From NCBI GenBank assembly GCA_003165075.1, contig PLSM01000094.1, positions 40,130-104,129 on the forward strand: a stretch of 64,000 bases of DNA. The letters are read 5' to 3'. The position numbers were made by a program, and so were the translations under genes. The notes under the pieces were generated by a model. That model worked only from the letters and a program-made list of their open reading frames with translations. It was not told the origin of the DNA and did no database searches. This document shows positions 18,582 to 28,980 of this stretch, one piece after another. The DNA comes from Acidobacteriaceae bacterium. Its GTDB lineage: Bacteria > Acidobacteriota > Terriglobia > Terriglobales > Acidobacteriaceae. The stretch's first letter is position 1; each line of letters starts with the position of its first letter.

Positions 18582-19481
18582 CTACCCGACTGCCACTGGG
18601 ATAGATACTGCCCGCTCCGCAGCCACTGGCGCGGTGTCGACCGGCACACACAGCACCGGAACACGCGACTGGGCCAGCATTGAAAAGGCTGTGCCATGCG
18701 GCCCCGGCGTACCACTGGCGCGCTTGACGCCAACCACCAGCACACTGGGGTGATACTGTTCGATGGCCTCCACGATGGCGTCTTCCGGTTTGCCATCCTT
18801 GACGATGCAGCGTGTGGGAAAGCGACCGCTGCCCCGGACGCCAAACTCCTCCAGAGTCGTTGCGCCTGGGTTGAGAAAGGCCGCAGCCTCCGCCGGGCGC
18901 CGTGCATGGATAACCAGAAGAGTCCGGTGAAAAGTCTCGGCAAGTGAGCTGGCAGTAGCCACGGCCGACTGTGTAGCCTCGTTACGCTCCATGGCCAGCA
19001 AGATTGGGCCTCCCGGAGTGGGGCGATTTGCGCCCGCGTTCCAGTCCGCAGCCACCGCCAGCACTGGGCAAGGCGCCAAGCGGACCAATTGCTCGGCGAC
19101 AGCCCCAACCACCACCGGCCCCGCGCCCTTCTTCCCCTCGGTCCCGATCACTATAAGTCCTGCCTCATACTGCCGTGCCACGTCGACCAGCATCTGCGCC
19201 ACCGTGCCCTGACGAATCTCCGAGTGGCTGTGTATTCCTTCACGAATCAGGTCGGCTGTCATCTGCTCCAGAACGGCCCGCGCTTGTTCCGGCAATCCTT
19301 GCAAGACGCGGCCGGGAACCTCGTCCACGGCGGCGTACTCTAACGGATCGAGGCCGTGCGCAAGCACGATCCGCGCACCATAGCCCGCCGCGAGTTTGCG
19401 GGCATACTCCAGGGCGGCTTCCGACCGGCCAGCCAGATCGGTGGCCACAACAATGGTCTTCAAACCGTTTGCAAAACTCAT
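18582..19481 (-). CDS. Universal stress protein (tandem USP domains)
   Basis: IVVATD and GAVAEQLVRLAPCPVL motifs. Confidence 0.9.
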   Translation of the reverse strand: MSFANGLKTIVVATDLAGRSEAALEYARKLAAGYGARIVLAHGLDPLEYAAVDEVPGRVLQGLPEQARAVLEQMTADLIREGIHSHSEIRQGTVAQMLVDVARQYEAGLIVIGTEGKKGAGPVVVGAVAEQLVRLAPCPVLAVAADWNAGANRPTPGGPILLAMERNEATQSAVATASSLAETFHRTLLVIHARRPAEAAAFLNPGATTLEEFGVRGSGRFPTRCIVKDGKPEDAIVEAIEQYHPSVLVVGVKRASGTPGPHGTAFSMLAQSRVPVLCVPVDTAPVAAERAVSIPVAVG

Positions 19482-19699
19482 TCATGCCTCCCGGCTGGCC
19501 ATTCCAAAAGAAGGCCTACCGCGTTCCGTCCAGTTGCACTGCGCCCGGCCGGGGCCGCCGGCCTGCACCAGATGTCTCTTGGCGGCGGCGTCCCGGAGTA
19601 CGCCGTGGCACCGCAGGCGGCACCATGTCTTTCTGCCCGCTGGATACCGAGTCTGCGCCAGCCCTCCGCGCTAAGGCAGTGACATCATTCACCCCCTGG

Positions 19700-19715
19700 T
19701 GTGATTCGTGTCACA
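19700..19715. promoter_or_regulatory. Perfect CRP-type box
   Basis: TGTGA-ttcgtg-TCACA in the divergent region upstream of usp. Confidence 0.75.
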
Positions 19716-20012
19716 ATCTAATCGCAGATGGCACTCAATGCGCAGGATTTGCAGCCAAGTCGGGCAAGCCTTCATAACTCGTTCGACCACATTCGGATAG
19801 GGCCCACTCCAGGCGATCGGTCTCGCAAACTGGGACGCAATCGACACCGCCAACGGCCTGGATATGAGGCCCAGAGCTGGCGGTCCCCGCCCGCTCGACG
19901 AGTCCATGCGCGCGGATCGCACAATTAAAGGAAATCGGAGGATTTCGATCGCTGGTGCGAAAGCTGAAATGAAGCGTTCGCTCGGGCCGAAGATGAAGAT
20001 TATGATGGCCAT

Positions 20013-20669
20013 ATGAAGCGCGTCTTATTGTCCTGGAGCAGCGGTAAAGACAGTGCTTGGGCGCTTCACTGCCTGCGCTGCAGGCCTGATATTGAACTGG
20101 TTGGTCTTTTGACCACCCTGAACAGCGAGTTCCAGCGGGTCGCGATGCACGGGACTCGGCGTTCGGTACTGGAAGCGCAGGCTTTGGCTGCTCAGTTACC
20201 GCTGTGGATCGTGCCACTTCCCTGGCCTTGCTCCAATGAAATCTATGAACAACGGATGGCGGAGGTTTGTGATCGGGCTGTCAGTGAGCATGTGGACGCG
20301 TTTGCCTTTGGAGACCTGTTCCTGCCCGACGTCCGTGCCTATCGGGAGAAGCAACTAAAGCCGACCGGGCTTGAGCCTCTTTTCCCGCTCTGGGAATTGC
20401 CAACAACCACACTGGCTCGTGACATGATTGCAGGCGGTCTGTGTTCTAGGGTGGCCTGCGTGGACACAAGGCAATTGCCGGGTTCCTTTGCCGGCCGCGA
20501 GTTCGATGCCGCTCTTCTGCGAGATTTGCCTCCGGAGGTGGATCCATGTGGCGAGCGCGGCGAGTTTCACACCTGTGTCTATGACGGGCCGATGTTCGCG
20601 GCCCCGCTCCACTTGCAGGCTGGAGAAGTGGTCGACCGGGATGGGTTCATGTTCGCAGATTTCCAGTAA
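20013..20669 (+). CDS. Dph6/MJ0570-like PP-loop ATP pyrophosphatase
   Basis: SWSSGKDS, FGDL and DPCGERGEFHT motifs. Confidence 0.85.
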   Translation: MKRVLLSWSSGKDSAWALHCLRCRPDIELVGLLTTLNSEFQRVAMHGTRRSVLEAQALAAQLPLWIVPLPWPCSNEIYEQRMAEVCDRAVSEHVDAFAFGDLFLPDVRAYREKQLKPTGLEPLFPLWELPTTTLARDMIAGGLCSRVACVDTRQLPGSFAGREFDAALLRDLPPEVDPCGERGEFHTCVYDGPMFAAPLHLQAGEVVDRDGFMFADFQ

Positions 20670-20847
20670 GGGCGCTCCTCATCACAGCGGGCAGCCCCCG
20701 CTGTAGCACCTGCTTCTCTAGTCTCTGGCCTCATAATGTTGTACCTATATGGGTGCCCTGTCCTTGCGGCGTGTTTGTTTTTTGCCGCAACGGTGGGCAA
20801 GCACGATATCAAACGGTCAGAGTCCTGGGAGCCGATCTTTGACCCTC

Positions 20848-22950
20848 TCAATTGCCCGGCGGCGTGGTTGCAGGGAAACCAGTCTCCGACAGTGGGGGGA
20901 GGGTGTGTGTGTCCTCCCAGTGGCCGGTCACCTGGCTCCAGCGCTCGGCGCGGCTCATCCACAGTTGTGCGGCGCGGTCGTAGCGATCCCGATTGTTATC
21001 GAGCCAATAAGGCCGGTTATCGCGCAGCCAGGCCTGGCTGAAAAGCTGGCCGAGCAGCGTGTAACCGTCACGAATGTCTTCGAGGCGGCCGTTGTTGGAG
21101 CCGATGGTTTCGAGGATATCCTCGATCTCACTCCAGCGGCTCGTATCACCAGCCAGGGCCTGCGCCCTGCTGTAAAGCGCCACGCAATCCTGTGCAGACT
21201 GGAATTTGAGGCCGATAAAGTCCATGCGCCGCGCACCTAGTTCGAGTGCATCGAGCGCCTCACCGTTTTCGAGCGTATGTTTTTCGAGCCTGGCAGCAGC
21301 CCGCGCCTCGGCCAGCAGTGTAATGGCGCGTTCGGCATGCAGGCGCAGTTCCGCGGCCACAGGCAGCAACTTGGCGGAGACGCGCTGGCCCTCGTCGGAA
21401 AACGGATCGATCCAGAAGTAGCCGTCCTCCACGTCCCCCAGCCCGGCCTTTTTGAACAAGTTGTGCGCGGCCATCAGCTCCCGCTGCGCCTCGTCGATCT
21501 TGCCTGTCTCGTCTCCATGAAATGCCAGGCCAAAGGACGCAGCGAAGCTGTCTTCGGAGCTCTCGCCCGGCTGCCAACCGGCCGCCGCGCCAAAGAGAAT
21601 GCCGAACCAGTTCTCATCGAAGATGCCCTCTCCGTCGTCGTTCCAAACCGTATTCAGCACACCCTTTGAGCCCAACTTCTGGCCGTCGCGCACAAAGGCG
21701 CGGATGTTGCCCAGCGCCTCGTTGTTATTGGGATAGATACGGTTCCAATTGCTCACGCCCGGGGCCACCCAGGTCTCAAGACCTGCCTTGGAAAAGGGCA
21801 GAATGAGCGACGTGAAGTCGGGCTTGGCGTCGTATTCCCAAGGCACGGCGATCATGTCTTTGGGCAGCGTGCTCACAAGCTCAGGAGAGTTGACCGCGAT
21901 GTCGCCCCAGAAAAGCAGCCGCTTGTGGTTGGGTTCCAGCGTGGTGTGGATCTGCTTGAGAAAGTCTAGATAAACCGCACCCAGGCCGCGCTGTCTGACG
22001 GCATCGCGCGTCTGCCCAAAGCCCAGTTCGAAGGTCTCGTCGGCGCCGATATGCGCGTAAGGACCAGGAAAGACTTTGGCCAGATCGGCAAACCAACTGC
22101 CGATAAGCGGCAAAGTGCCCGCGTCTCCGGGAGCCAGCACCGCCCCGTGAGGAGTTTCGCCCAGCGCCCCGAACTGTTCGAACTTGAGCAGATGGTGCAG
22201 GTGGCCGAAGGATTCCTGCTCGGGAACGATGGTGACGTGGTATTGGGCGGCATAAGTCACCAGTTCACGAGCCTCATCGGGGGTCATGGCGCCGCCGGGA
22301 AAAGCCGCCACTGGCGAGGCAGAGTAAGCGAAAGTGTGCTCGAAATAGGGCGAGAAGATGTTGATCTTGTAAGCCGCCAGGGTGCGAATCTCGCGCTTGA
22401 GAAACTCCATATTGGGCAAGGGTCCGCGCGACCAGTCGTCGGAGATGCCGCGATGGGGCATGGCGGGCCAGTCGCGCAAAGTGGGTTCCAGCAGCACTGT
22501 ATCTTTTCCGCTGCCGCGAATCAGCTGCTTCACGGTCTGCGCGCCGTAGAATATGCCGGCGGACGTTTCCGCTGTGACCACCAGCCCGCGCCCTGAACCC
22601 GGCGCGATCATGTAGCCCTCGTCATTGCCGCCAAAAAGGTCTTTGGCATGGGCGCCATGCACTCGCTCGAAATGAACGGTCGCAGAGCTTCCTGTGTCTG
22701 AACCCACTCCTCGTGCCGCCAGCCATTGCTGCAAATCCTTGCTGGCGAACTCGTCCTCGGCGATGGATTCACTCTGAACGCGTACCCCGGACACTCCCAG
22801 CGGGATTTCTTTCACTGCCGTGCACTCCCGCGGCGCGGGCACCAGGCGCATATTTGCGCAGGTGGGCGCGGCCGGCTCTGACCGCTGCGCGAGTACGCCG
22901 GTTCCGGCGCACACAAAGAACAATGAAGCTAAAGCAACATGATGGCGCAT
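20848..22950 (-). CDS. GH20 beta-N-acetylhexosaminidase
   Basis: Signal peptide; DWPAMPHRG, HIGADE catalytic motif. Confidence 0.85.
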   Translation of the reverse strand: MRHHVALASLFFVCAGTGVLAQRSEPAAPTCANMRLVPAPRECTAVKEIPLGVSGVRVQSESIAEDEFASKDLQQWLAARGVGSDTGSSATVHFERVHGAHAKDLFGGNDEGYMIAPGSGRGLVVTAETSAGIFYGAQTVKQLIRGSGKDTVLLEPTLRDWPAMPHRGISDDWSRGPLPNMEFLKREIRTLAAYKINIFSPYFEHTFAYSASPVAAFPGGAMTPDEARELVTYAAQYHVTIVPEQESFGHLHHLLKFEQFGALGETPHGAVLAPGDAGTLPLIGSWFADLAKVFPGPYAHIGADETFELGFGQTRDAVRQRGLGAVYLDFLKQIHTTLEPNHKRLLFWGDIAVNSPELVSTLPKDMIAVPWEYDAKPDFTSLILPFSKAGLETWVAPGVSNWNRIYPNNNEALGNIRAFVRDGQKLGSKGVLNTVWNDDGEGIFDENWFGILFGAAAGWQPGESSEDSFAASFGLAFHGDETGKIDEAQRELMAAHNLFKKAGLGDVEDGYFWIDPFSDEGQRVSAKLLPVAAELRLHAERAITLLAEARAAARLEKHTLENGEALDALELGARRMDFIGLKFQSAQDCVALYSRAQALAGDTSRWSEIEDILETIGSNNGRLEDIRDGYTLLGQLFSQAWLRDNRPYWLDNNRDRYDRAAQLWMSRAERWSQVTGHWEDTHTLPPLSETGFPATTPPGN

Positions 22951-23032
22951 CTACACTTCCTCGCTTATCCGAAATCGAATCAAAGGCTAAACCATCACCT
23001 CTCGCGCTGTACACCGGCGCACGTTTTCCTGC

Positions 23033-24508
23033 CTAACGCAGGCTTTTCAGCGCCGGATAGAGCTTGCGCCAGTGCGCGTAACCGGACCTGTAGGCAACCA
23101 GTTCCGCAGGGTCGGGCTCGATGCGCTGGGCTACCTCGATTGCCTCGCCGCAGGCTTCGTCCAGGTTGGCCCAATTGCCCGCGCCCACACCAGCCATCAG
23201 CGCCGAGCCGAAGGCGCCTCCCTCTTCGGCCACGAGCACTTCCACTGCCTGGCCGTAGATACCGGCCTGAATCCTCCGCCACAGCGGGCCGCGCGCGCCG
23301 CCGCCACCAAGGCGAATGGCACTTACCGGAATTCCCAACTCCGCGAAGAGCGTGAACGTGTCCTGCAGCGAATAAGCCACGCCCTCCAGCACGGCACGCA
23401 CAAAGTGAGCAGCGGTATGAGTCGTGGAAATACCGGCAAAGGCTGCCCTCACCTCTGGGTCAAGGTGCGGCGTGCGCTCGCCCAGCATGTATGGAGCCCA
23501 CTCCAGTCCTTCACTCCCCGGTGGCGCCTGGGCGGCCGCAGTGGTCAGTTCGTCGTAGTCCTGCCCGGCAAAGAACGTCTCCTTCAGCCAATGAAGGCTA
23601 AGCCCCGCCGACTGGGTTACACCCATCACGTGCCACAAGCCTGGAACAGCGTGGCAAAAAGTGTGCAGGCGTCCCTTGGGATCCTTGGTAGGGCTTGCTG
23701 TGGCGGCGAAAACCACGCCTGAGGTGCCAATGGTGGCCGAAACTGAGCCCGGCTGCAGGATGCCCATTCCCACCGCGCCCGCTCCCTGGTCACCCGCGCC
23801 GGCTACAACCGGAGTTCCGGCGGTCAGGCCGGTCAGTCCGGCGGCGCTTTCACTGATGTGCGCGCACACCTCCGGAGACTCGTACAGCTTCGGCAGCCAG
23901 CTCTCCGGAATTCCTGCAGCCTCTGCCACTTCGCGCGACCAGCGGCGATGGGTCACGTCCAGCAGCAGAGTCCCCGAGGCCTCCTGCACATCAATGGCAA
24001 ACTCGCCGGTGAGCCGGTAGCGCACGTAATCCTTGGGGCACATGATGTGGCGAATCTTTGCAAAGATATCCGGCTCGTGCTTCTTGACCCAGAGCAGTTT
24101 GGTCAGCGTGAAGTTGGGCAGCGCGGGGTTGCAGGTGAGCTCGATCAATCGCTCATAGCCGATGCGCTCATGCAGCCAGTCGCACTCCGGCTGGGTGCGC
24201 GTGTCGCACCAGATCAGCGACGGACGCAGGACATGCCCGTTCTCATCCAGCATCACTGCGCCGTGCATCTGTCCGGTCAAGCCAATTGCCGCGATGGGCT
24301 GGTGCGGCTCCGGCGCTGCGGCCAGAGCAAAGCGAATTGCCTCCTGGGCTGCGCGCCACCAGTCCTCGGGGTCCTGCTCAGCCCACCCGGGGTGCGGGGT
24401 GCGAAAAGGCGCGTGTTCGCTCGATGCCCCGCTGACCAGTTGGCCTGCCGCATCCATCACCACGGCTCTTGTTCCGCCCGTGCCCACATCCATTCCAAGG
24501 AACCACAT
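23033..24508 (-). CDS. xylB: Xylulokinase
   Basis: LGMDVGTGG, TGQMHG, GAGDQ, GERTP motifs of FGGY kinases. Confidence 0.9.
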   Translation of the reverse strand: MWFLGMDVGTGGTRAVVMDAAGQLVSGASSEHAPFRTPHPGWAEQDPEDWWRAAQEAIRFALAAAPEPHQPIAAIGLTGQMHGAVMLDENGHVLRPSLIWCDTRTQPECDWLHERIGYERLIELTCNPALPNFTLTKLLWVKKHEPDIFAKIRHIMCPKDYVRYRLTGEFAIDVQEASGTLLLDVTHRRWSREVAEAAGIPESWLPKLYESPEVCAHISESAAGLTGLTAGTPVVAGAGDQGAGAVGMGILQPGSVSATIGTSGVVFAATASPTKDPKGRLHTFCHAVPGLWHVMGVTQSAGLSLHWLKETFFAGQDYDELTTAAAQAPPGSEGLEWAPYMLGERTPHLDPEVRAAFAGISTTHTAAHFVRAVLEGVAYSLQDTFTLFAELGIPVSAIRLGGGGARGPLWRRIQAGIYGQAVEVLVAEEGGAFGSALMAGVGAGNWANLDEACGEAIEVAQRIEPDPAELVAYRSGYAHWRKLYPALKSLR

Positions 24509-24740
24509 GGCTTCCTCCCCCTTGTAAATCGCTTTTCCCGGCGCGGGCAGCATACCACCTCAGGCCGTGCCAAGGACAGGGAGTGGCAGCGGTGTAATGT
24601 GCAGCCATCGAATTTTCGTACCGGGTTCCGAAAGACAGCACGAGCAGGAAGTAATTCGCGCCACCCGGTCCAGTTTGCCAACCAGTTCCTTCCGCGCATA
24701 GAATTTGAATCGAATAAATGTACCGAATGGTACTGAAATT

Positions 24741-25400
24741 ATGCCCGCGAAAAATAAAGACCGCTCGTCGCATGCCCTTCAACAGACTCGCGGCCGTCCA
24801 CCGTTGGATGAAGTCGAGCGCAAGCGCATTCTGGACGCCACCACGGCAGTATTCCTTGAAAAGGGATATGCGCGGGCCAGCACCAACGAAATCGCACTGC
24901 GCGCACAAACTTCAAAGCAGACTCTGTATGCGCTCTTCCCCACCAAGGCAGACCTCTTCGTCGGCGTGATTAGCGCGCATACCGAGCAGCTTTTCGCGCG
25001 CCACCTCGACTACGTCGAATCAGGCAAAGCGCCCCGTCAGGCGCTGACGGATATGGGTGAGAGAACGCTGAGAATGTTCAGTGCTCCCACCTTCCGCGCA
25101 CTCTACCGCATTGTCGTAGCTGAAACCCACGCGTTTCCCTATCTGGCGCGACGGTTATGGGAGGTGTGCATCGAACGCGGCTACGGCCTGCTGGCCGAAT
25201 ATCTAAGATCGCGCCGCCTCGGCGGCCCGGCCTATCGCAAATCTGCGGCGCAGTTCGTCACGTTTGTTCTCGGGGACTTCATTGTGAACGCAATGCTTGA
25301 CCCGAACCTTGAGTTGAGCGAGTCAGTCCTTCGGGCGCGCGTCCGGGATGCAGTGAAGGACTTCCTTTCCCTCCATCCGGAAAAGTCGTCGAGAAAGTAG
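24741..25400 (+). CDS. TetR family regulator
   Basis: N-terminal TetR HTH (ILDATTAVFLEKGY...SKQTLYALFPTK); palindrome gtaccgaatggtac just upstream. Confidence 0.85.
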   Translation: MPAKNKDRSSHALQQTRGRPPLDEVERKRILDATTAVFLEKGYARASTNEIALRAQTSKQTLYALFPTKADLFVGVISAHTEQLFARHLDYVESGKAPRQALTDMGERTLRMFSAPTFRALYRIVVAETHAFPYLARRLWEVCIERGYGLLAEYLRSRRLGGPAYRKSAAQFVTFVLGDFIVNAMLDPNLELSESVLRARVRDAVKDFLSLHPEKSSRK

Positions 25401-25411
25401 GAGTCAGCAAG

Positions 25412-27037
25412 ATGGCATCCGCTACGTTGGTTGCCCCCGAACTGGAACACGCCGCCGAAGGATTTGCCGCTTCTGAAGCTCTTCAACGTGCGTGGCAGCC
25501 TTCGGTCAATCCATGGCTGATCGCGTTGTCCGTCATCCTGCCTACCTTCATGGAGGTGCTGGATACCACCATTGCCAACGTCGCGCTGAATAACATCGCC
25601 GGCAGCATGTCCGCGTCCTATTCGCAGGCCACCTGGGTTCTCACCTCATATCTGATCTCAAACGCTGTGGTCCTACCTCTTACCGCATGGCTCGGCAATC
25701 GATTTCAGCGCAAGCGTTTCTTGCTCGCCTGCATATTTATTTTTACTGTGTCGTCGCTGCTCTGCGGTCTTTCAGTCAATTTGCCCATGTTGCTGATCAT
25801 GCGCGTAATTCAGGGCATCGGCGGCGGTGCGCTCGCTCCCATCTCACAGGCCATCCTTATGGAGAGTTTTCCACCCAAAAAGCAGGGCATCGCACAAAGT
25901 CTTTTCGGCCTGGGCGTGGTAGTGGCCCCAGTGGTCGGTCCAATCCTGGGCGGCTGGCTTACCGATGGCTACTCCTGGCGCTGGATTTTCTATATCAATG
26001 TTCCCCTTGGTCTCATCGCGATGTGGGCCATTCAGCAAACCGTCGAGGACCCGCCCTGGGTGCGCCAATCCGACCCCGGCCCCCTCGATGCGCTCGGCCT
26101 GGTGGCCCTGACGCTTTGGCTCGGATGCCAGGAAGTCGCCCTCGACAAAGGCCAGGAAGATGATTGGTTCAGCTCCCGTTTCATCTGTGTCATGGTGGTG
26201 CTTGCGGTCGGCGGCTTCATCGTATTTGTTGCCCGTGAGCTCAAGGCGCCCAAACCCATGGTCGATCTGCGCCTGTTCCGTGTCCGGAACTTTGCCGTAG
26301 GAACCGTCTTGATCTTCATTACCTGCGTGCTCCTCTATGGCATCGGCCTGCTCACTCCGCAGTTCCTGCAGCTATTGATGGGATACTCCTCGCTCACGGC
26401 AGGCATCGCCACTGCGCCGCTGGGCCTGGGAGCCGCTTTCTCCATGATCCTGGTCGGCTACCTCGTCTCCAAAATAGACGCCCGCCTCATTGTGGCCCTC
26501 GGATTTGTCGCCTTTGCTTTCGCCGCCTTTGGCCTCTCGCACATTTCCCTCGACATCTCGCCTTGGACGGTCTTCTGGCCGCAGATTCTTGCCGGCTCGG
26601 CCATTGGATTCCTCTTCATCCCCGTGAATGTGGCCGCCACTGCCCCGTTGCGTCGCGATGAGATCGGCTCTGCTACCGGCACCTTGAACCTGATGCGCAA
26701 TGTGGGCGGCAGTGTGGGCATCGCCATGGTCAGCACTTTTCTGGCCCGCCGCAGCCAGCTTCACCAATCCATGCTGGCGCAGCATCTCATCCCACAGGAT
26801 CCAATGTTGTTACAAACCGTCAACGGCCTGCGAAGATTCCTGTTTATCAAGCACGTCAACGGCACCGACGGCATGGCCCCTGCCCTCGGAGCGTTATACC
26901 AGCTTCTGCAGCAGCAGGCTGCCCTGCTGGCCTTCACAGATGTGTTTGAGGGCTTGGCATTTTTAGCAGTCGGAGCCATCCTGCTCGTCTTCATTCTCCG
27001 CAAGGTCAAAGGCGAGGGCAAAGTCCTGGGACTCTAA
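25412..27037 (+). CDS. DHA2 (EmrB/QacA) MFS efflux transporter
   Basis: MEVLDTTIANVAL, WRWIFYINVP motifs; 14-TM pattern. Confidence 0.9.
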   Translation: MASATLVAPELEHAAEGFAASEALQRAWQPSVNPWLIALSVILPTFMEVLDTTIANVALNNIAGSMSASYSQATWVLTSYLISNAVVLPLTAWLGNRFQRKRFLLACIFIFTVSSLLCGLSVNLPMLLIMRVIQGIGGGALAPISQAILMESFPPKKQGIAQSLFGLGVVVAPVVGPILGGWLTDGYSWRWIFYINVPLGLIAMWAIQQTVEDPPWVRQSDPGPLDALGLVALTLWLGCQEVALDKGQEDDWFSSRFICVMVVLAVGGFIVFVARELKAPKPMVDLRLFRVRNFAVGTVLIFITCVLLYGIGLLTPQFLQLLMGYSSLTAGIATAPLGLGAAFSMILVGYLVSKIDARLIVALGFVAFAFAAFGLSHISLDISPWTVFWPQILAGSAIGFLFIPVNVAATAPLRRDEIGSATGTLNLMRNVGGSVGIAMVSTFLARRSQLHQSMLAQHLIPQDPMLLQTVNGLRRFLFIKHVNGTDGMAPALGALYQLLQQQAALLAFTDVFEGLAFLAVGAILLVFILRKVKGEGKVLGL

Positions 27038-27103
27038 CCCTTCCCGTTGCTGGGATTCACGAAAACCATATCTTGTATCGCAAAGCGGTATACAAGCCCG
27101 GAC

Positions 27104-27119
27104 TGTGATCCTCCGCACA
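27104..27119. promoter_or_regulatory. CRP-type box upstream of the phosphate acyltransferase
   Basis: TGTGA-tcctcc-GCACA, one mismatch. Confidence 0.5.
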
Positions 27120-27199
27120 GGTTCAAACCAAGCCCGGGGTGAGAATGTATGCGTGGAGCCCGCCGGTTTCGCGCTGCACCGGCCAGGAGAGAACACCTC

Positions 27200-28186
27200 A
27201 TGAGCGATCTAGCCCCCCTTGCCGAAGCTGTGGCCGTTGACCCCCTGGTTGGTCATCCGGCCGACTACCACGTCTTCCACCAGTTTCTTGAGCGCTGCAA
27301 GTCCTTGCCGGCCATCACCACCTCCGTCTGCTGGCCAATGTCCGACGTAGCGTTAAAGGGTGCCGTCGAAGCTGCGTCCGAGGGGCTCATCAAGCCCACG
27401 CTGGTCGGTCCCGAAGCCGAGCTGAAAGCGCTGGCCGCAAAGATCGGTGAAGACATAAGTTCGTTCCCCATCCTCAATGCTGAAAATGAGTCTCAGGCTG
27501 CCGACATCAGTGTGGCCATGTGCCGCAGCGGCAAAGCCCAGGCCATGATGAAGGGAAGCTTGCACACCGATGTGCTGATGAAGTCGGCCATGGCCCGCGA
27601 CACTGGCCTGCGTACCTCGCGCCGCATCACCCATGTTTTTGTGATGGATACGCCGGCCTACGCGCGGACCCTTCTGATCACCGACGCGGCCATCAATATC
27701 GAGCCCGAGCTTGAAGACAAGGTTCACATTGTGCAGAACGCCATCGACCTTGCCCATGCCCTGGGCATCCCCGAACCCAAGGTGGCTCTCCTGTCCGCGG
27801 TGGAAACGGTCAATCCCAAGATCAAGTCCACCCTCGACGCCGCGGCGCTGTGCAAAATGGCCGATCGGGGCCAGATCACCGGGGGCATCCTCGACGGCCC
27901 GCTGGCCTTTGATACCGCTGTCAGTGCCAAGGCCGCAAGCATCAAGAACCTGATTTCTCCGGTCACCGGCCAGGCCGACATCCTGGTGGTGCCCGATCTG
28001 GAAAGCGGAAACATGCTGGCCAAGCAGCTCGAATACCTGGGCGGAGCGCAATTGGCCGGCATCGTCCTTGGTGCGCGCGTCCCCGCCATCCTCACCAGCC
28101 GTGCCGACTCCGCGGAGACGCGCCTGACCAGCTGCGCCGTGGCCGTGTTGCTGCACTACGCCAATCATCCAATTCAAACTGCCTGA
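27200..28186 (+). CDS. Phosphate acetyl/butyryltransferase
   Basis: MMKGSLHTD, DAAINIEP, DGPLAFD, LESGNMLAK, SRADS motifs. Confidence 0.9.
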   Translation: MSDLAPLAEAVAVDPLVGHPADYHVFHQFLERCKSLPAITTSVCWPMSDVALKGAVEAASEGLIKPTLVGPEAELKALAAKIGEDISSFPILNAENESQAADISVAMCRSGKAQAMMKGSLHTDVLMKSAMARDTGLRTSRRITHVFVMDTPAYARTLLITDAAINIEPELEDKVHIVQNAIDLAHALGIPEPKVALLSAVETVNPKIKSTLDAAALCKMADRGQITGGILDGPLAFDTAVSAKAASIKNLISPVTGQADILVVPDLESGNMLAKQLEYLGGAQLAGIVLGARVPAILTSRADSAETRLTSCAVAVLLHYANHPIQTA

Positions 28187-28213
28187 TTAAGTTTCTCCCT
28201 GCAACAAACAACA

Positions 28214-28245
28214 AGGGCGCCGCTCCCGCTGGGGAACGGCGCCCT
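28214..28245 (+). terminator. Rho-independent terminator
   Basis: agggcgccg...cggcgccct stem followed by a T-rich tract. Confidence 0.6.
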
Positions 28246-28358
28246 CTCATTTTTGCTCTTTCCGCGGAGAACCCTTGCCTTCGCTAGCGCATCGAACTTC
28301 AAGCACGGTAAACCGGCGCTTATTCCCTTCCGGCATTACCGTTCAAGGAGCATTGCGT

Positions 28359-28868
28359 ATGTCAACAGTTGCACATCAGGATTCAAACGTAGCCAAAATC
28401 AACGTTCCAGACGGTTTCTCCCCCGAAGAGGTCAAGAATCTCTCCAGTGTGCTGAATGCCCTGCTGGCCGATACATTTGCCCTTTATCTCAAGACCAAAA
28501 ACTTCCACTGGCACATGAGCGGGCCGCACTTCCGCGACTATCATCTGCTCTTCGATGAACATGCCACGCAAATATTCGACATCACCGACGCCATTGCCGA
28601 AAGGGTGCGCAAGATAGGTGGCACAACCATCCGTTCCATTGGCCACATTTCGCATCTGCAGCGCCTGGCCGATAACGACCAGGAATTTGTCGCTCCGGCC
28701 GAGATGCTGAAGGAACTCCACCGGGACAACAAGGCGCTGGTAGTAAGTCTGCGCGCGGCTCACGAAGTGGCTGCCAAGGCCAACGACTACGCCACCACAA
28801 GCCTGATCGAAATCTGGATCGACGAGGCCGAACGGCGTGCGTGGTTCCTCTTCGAGGCCACGCGGTAG
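28359..28868 (+). CDS. dps: Dps family DNA-protection ferritin-like protein
   Basis: LYLKTKNFHWHMSGPHFRDYHLLFDE...AER motif. Confidence 0.92.
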   Translation: MSTVAHQDSNVAKINVPDGFSPEEVKNLSSVLNALLADTFALYLKTKNFHWHMSGPHFRDYHLLFDEHATQIFDITDAIAERVRKIGGTTIRSIGHISHLQRLADNDQEFVAPAEMLKELHRDNKALVVSLRAAHEVAAKANDYATTSLIEIWIDEAERRAWFLFEATR

Positions 28869-28980
28869 AGCATCAGTCTCACCAGCAGGATGCGACCAAC
28901 CCTGAAGTCCTGGGTTCCCCGGCGGCAGATCCTCGTCGCCGGGGTGGTCATGATTCGTTTTTGGAGTTGGAGAACCGCCC

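Noticed and set aside
19728-19928. 66-aa ORF or riboswitch upstream of the Dph6-like gene
   Set aside because: No recognisable protein motif, RBS or riboswitch consensus (cobalamin, c-di-GMP) could be matched by eye.
23858-24736. Long antisense or alternative-frame ORFs (e.g. 23858-24736, 27353-28177, 54509-55444, 56073-56849, 57943-58674)
   Set aside because: They overlap well-supported genes on the opposite strand or in another frame; expected in high-GC DNA and lack family motifs.
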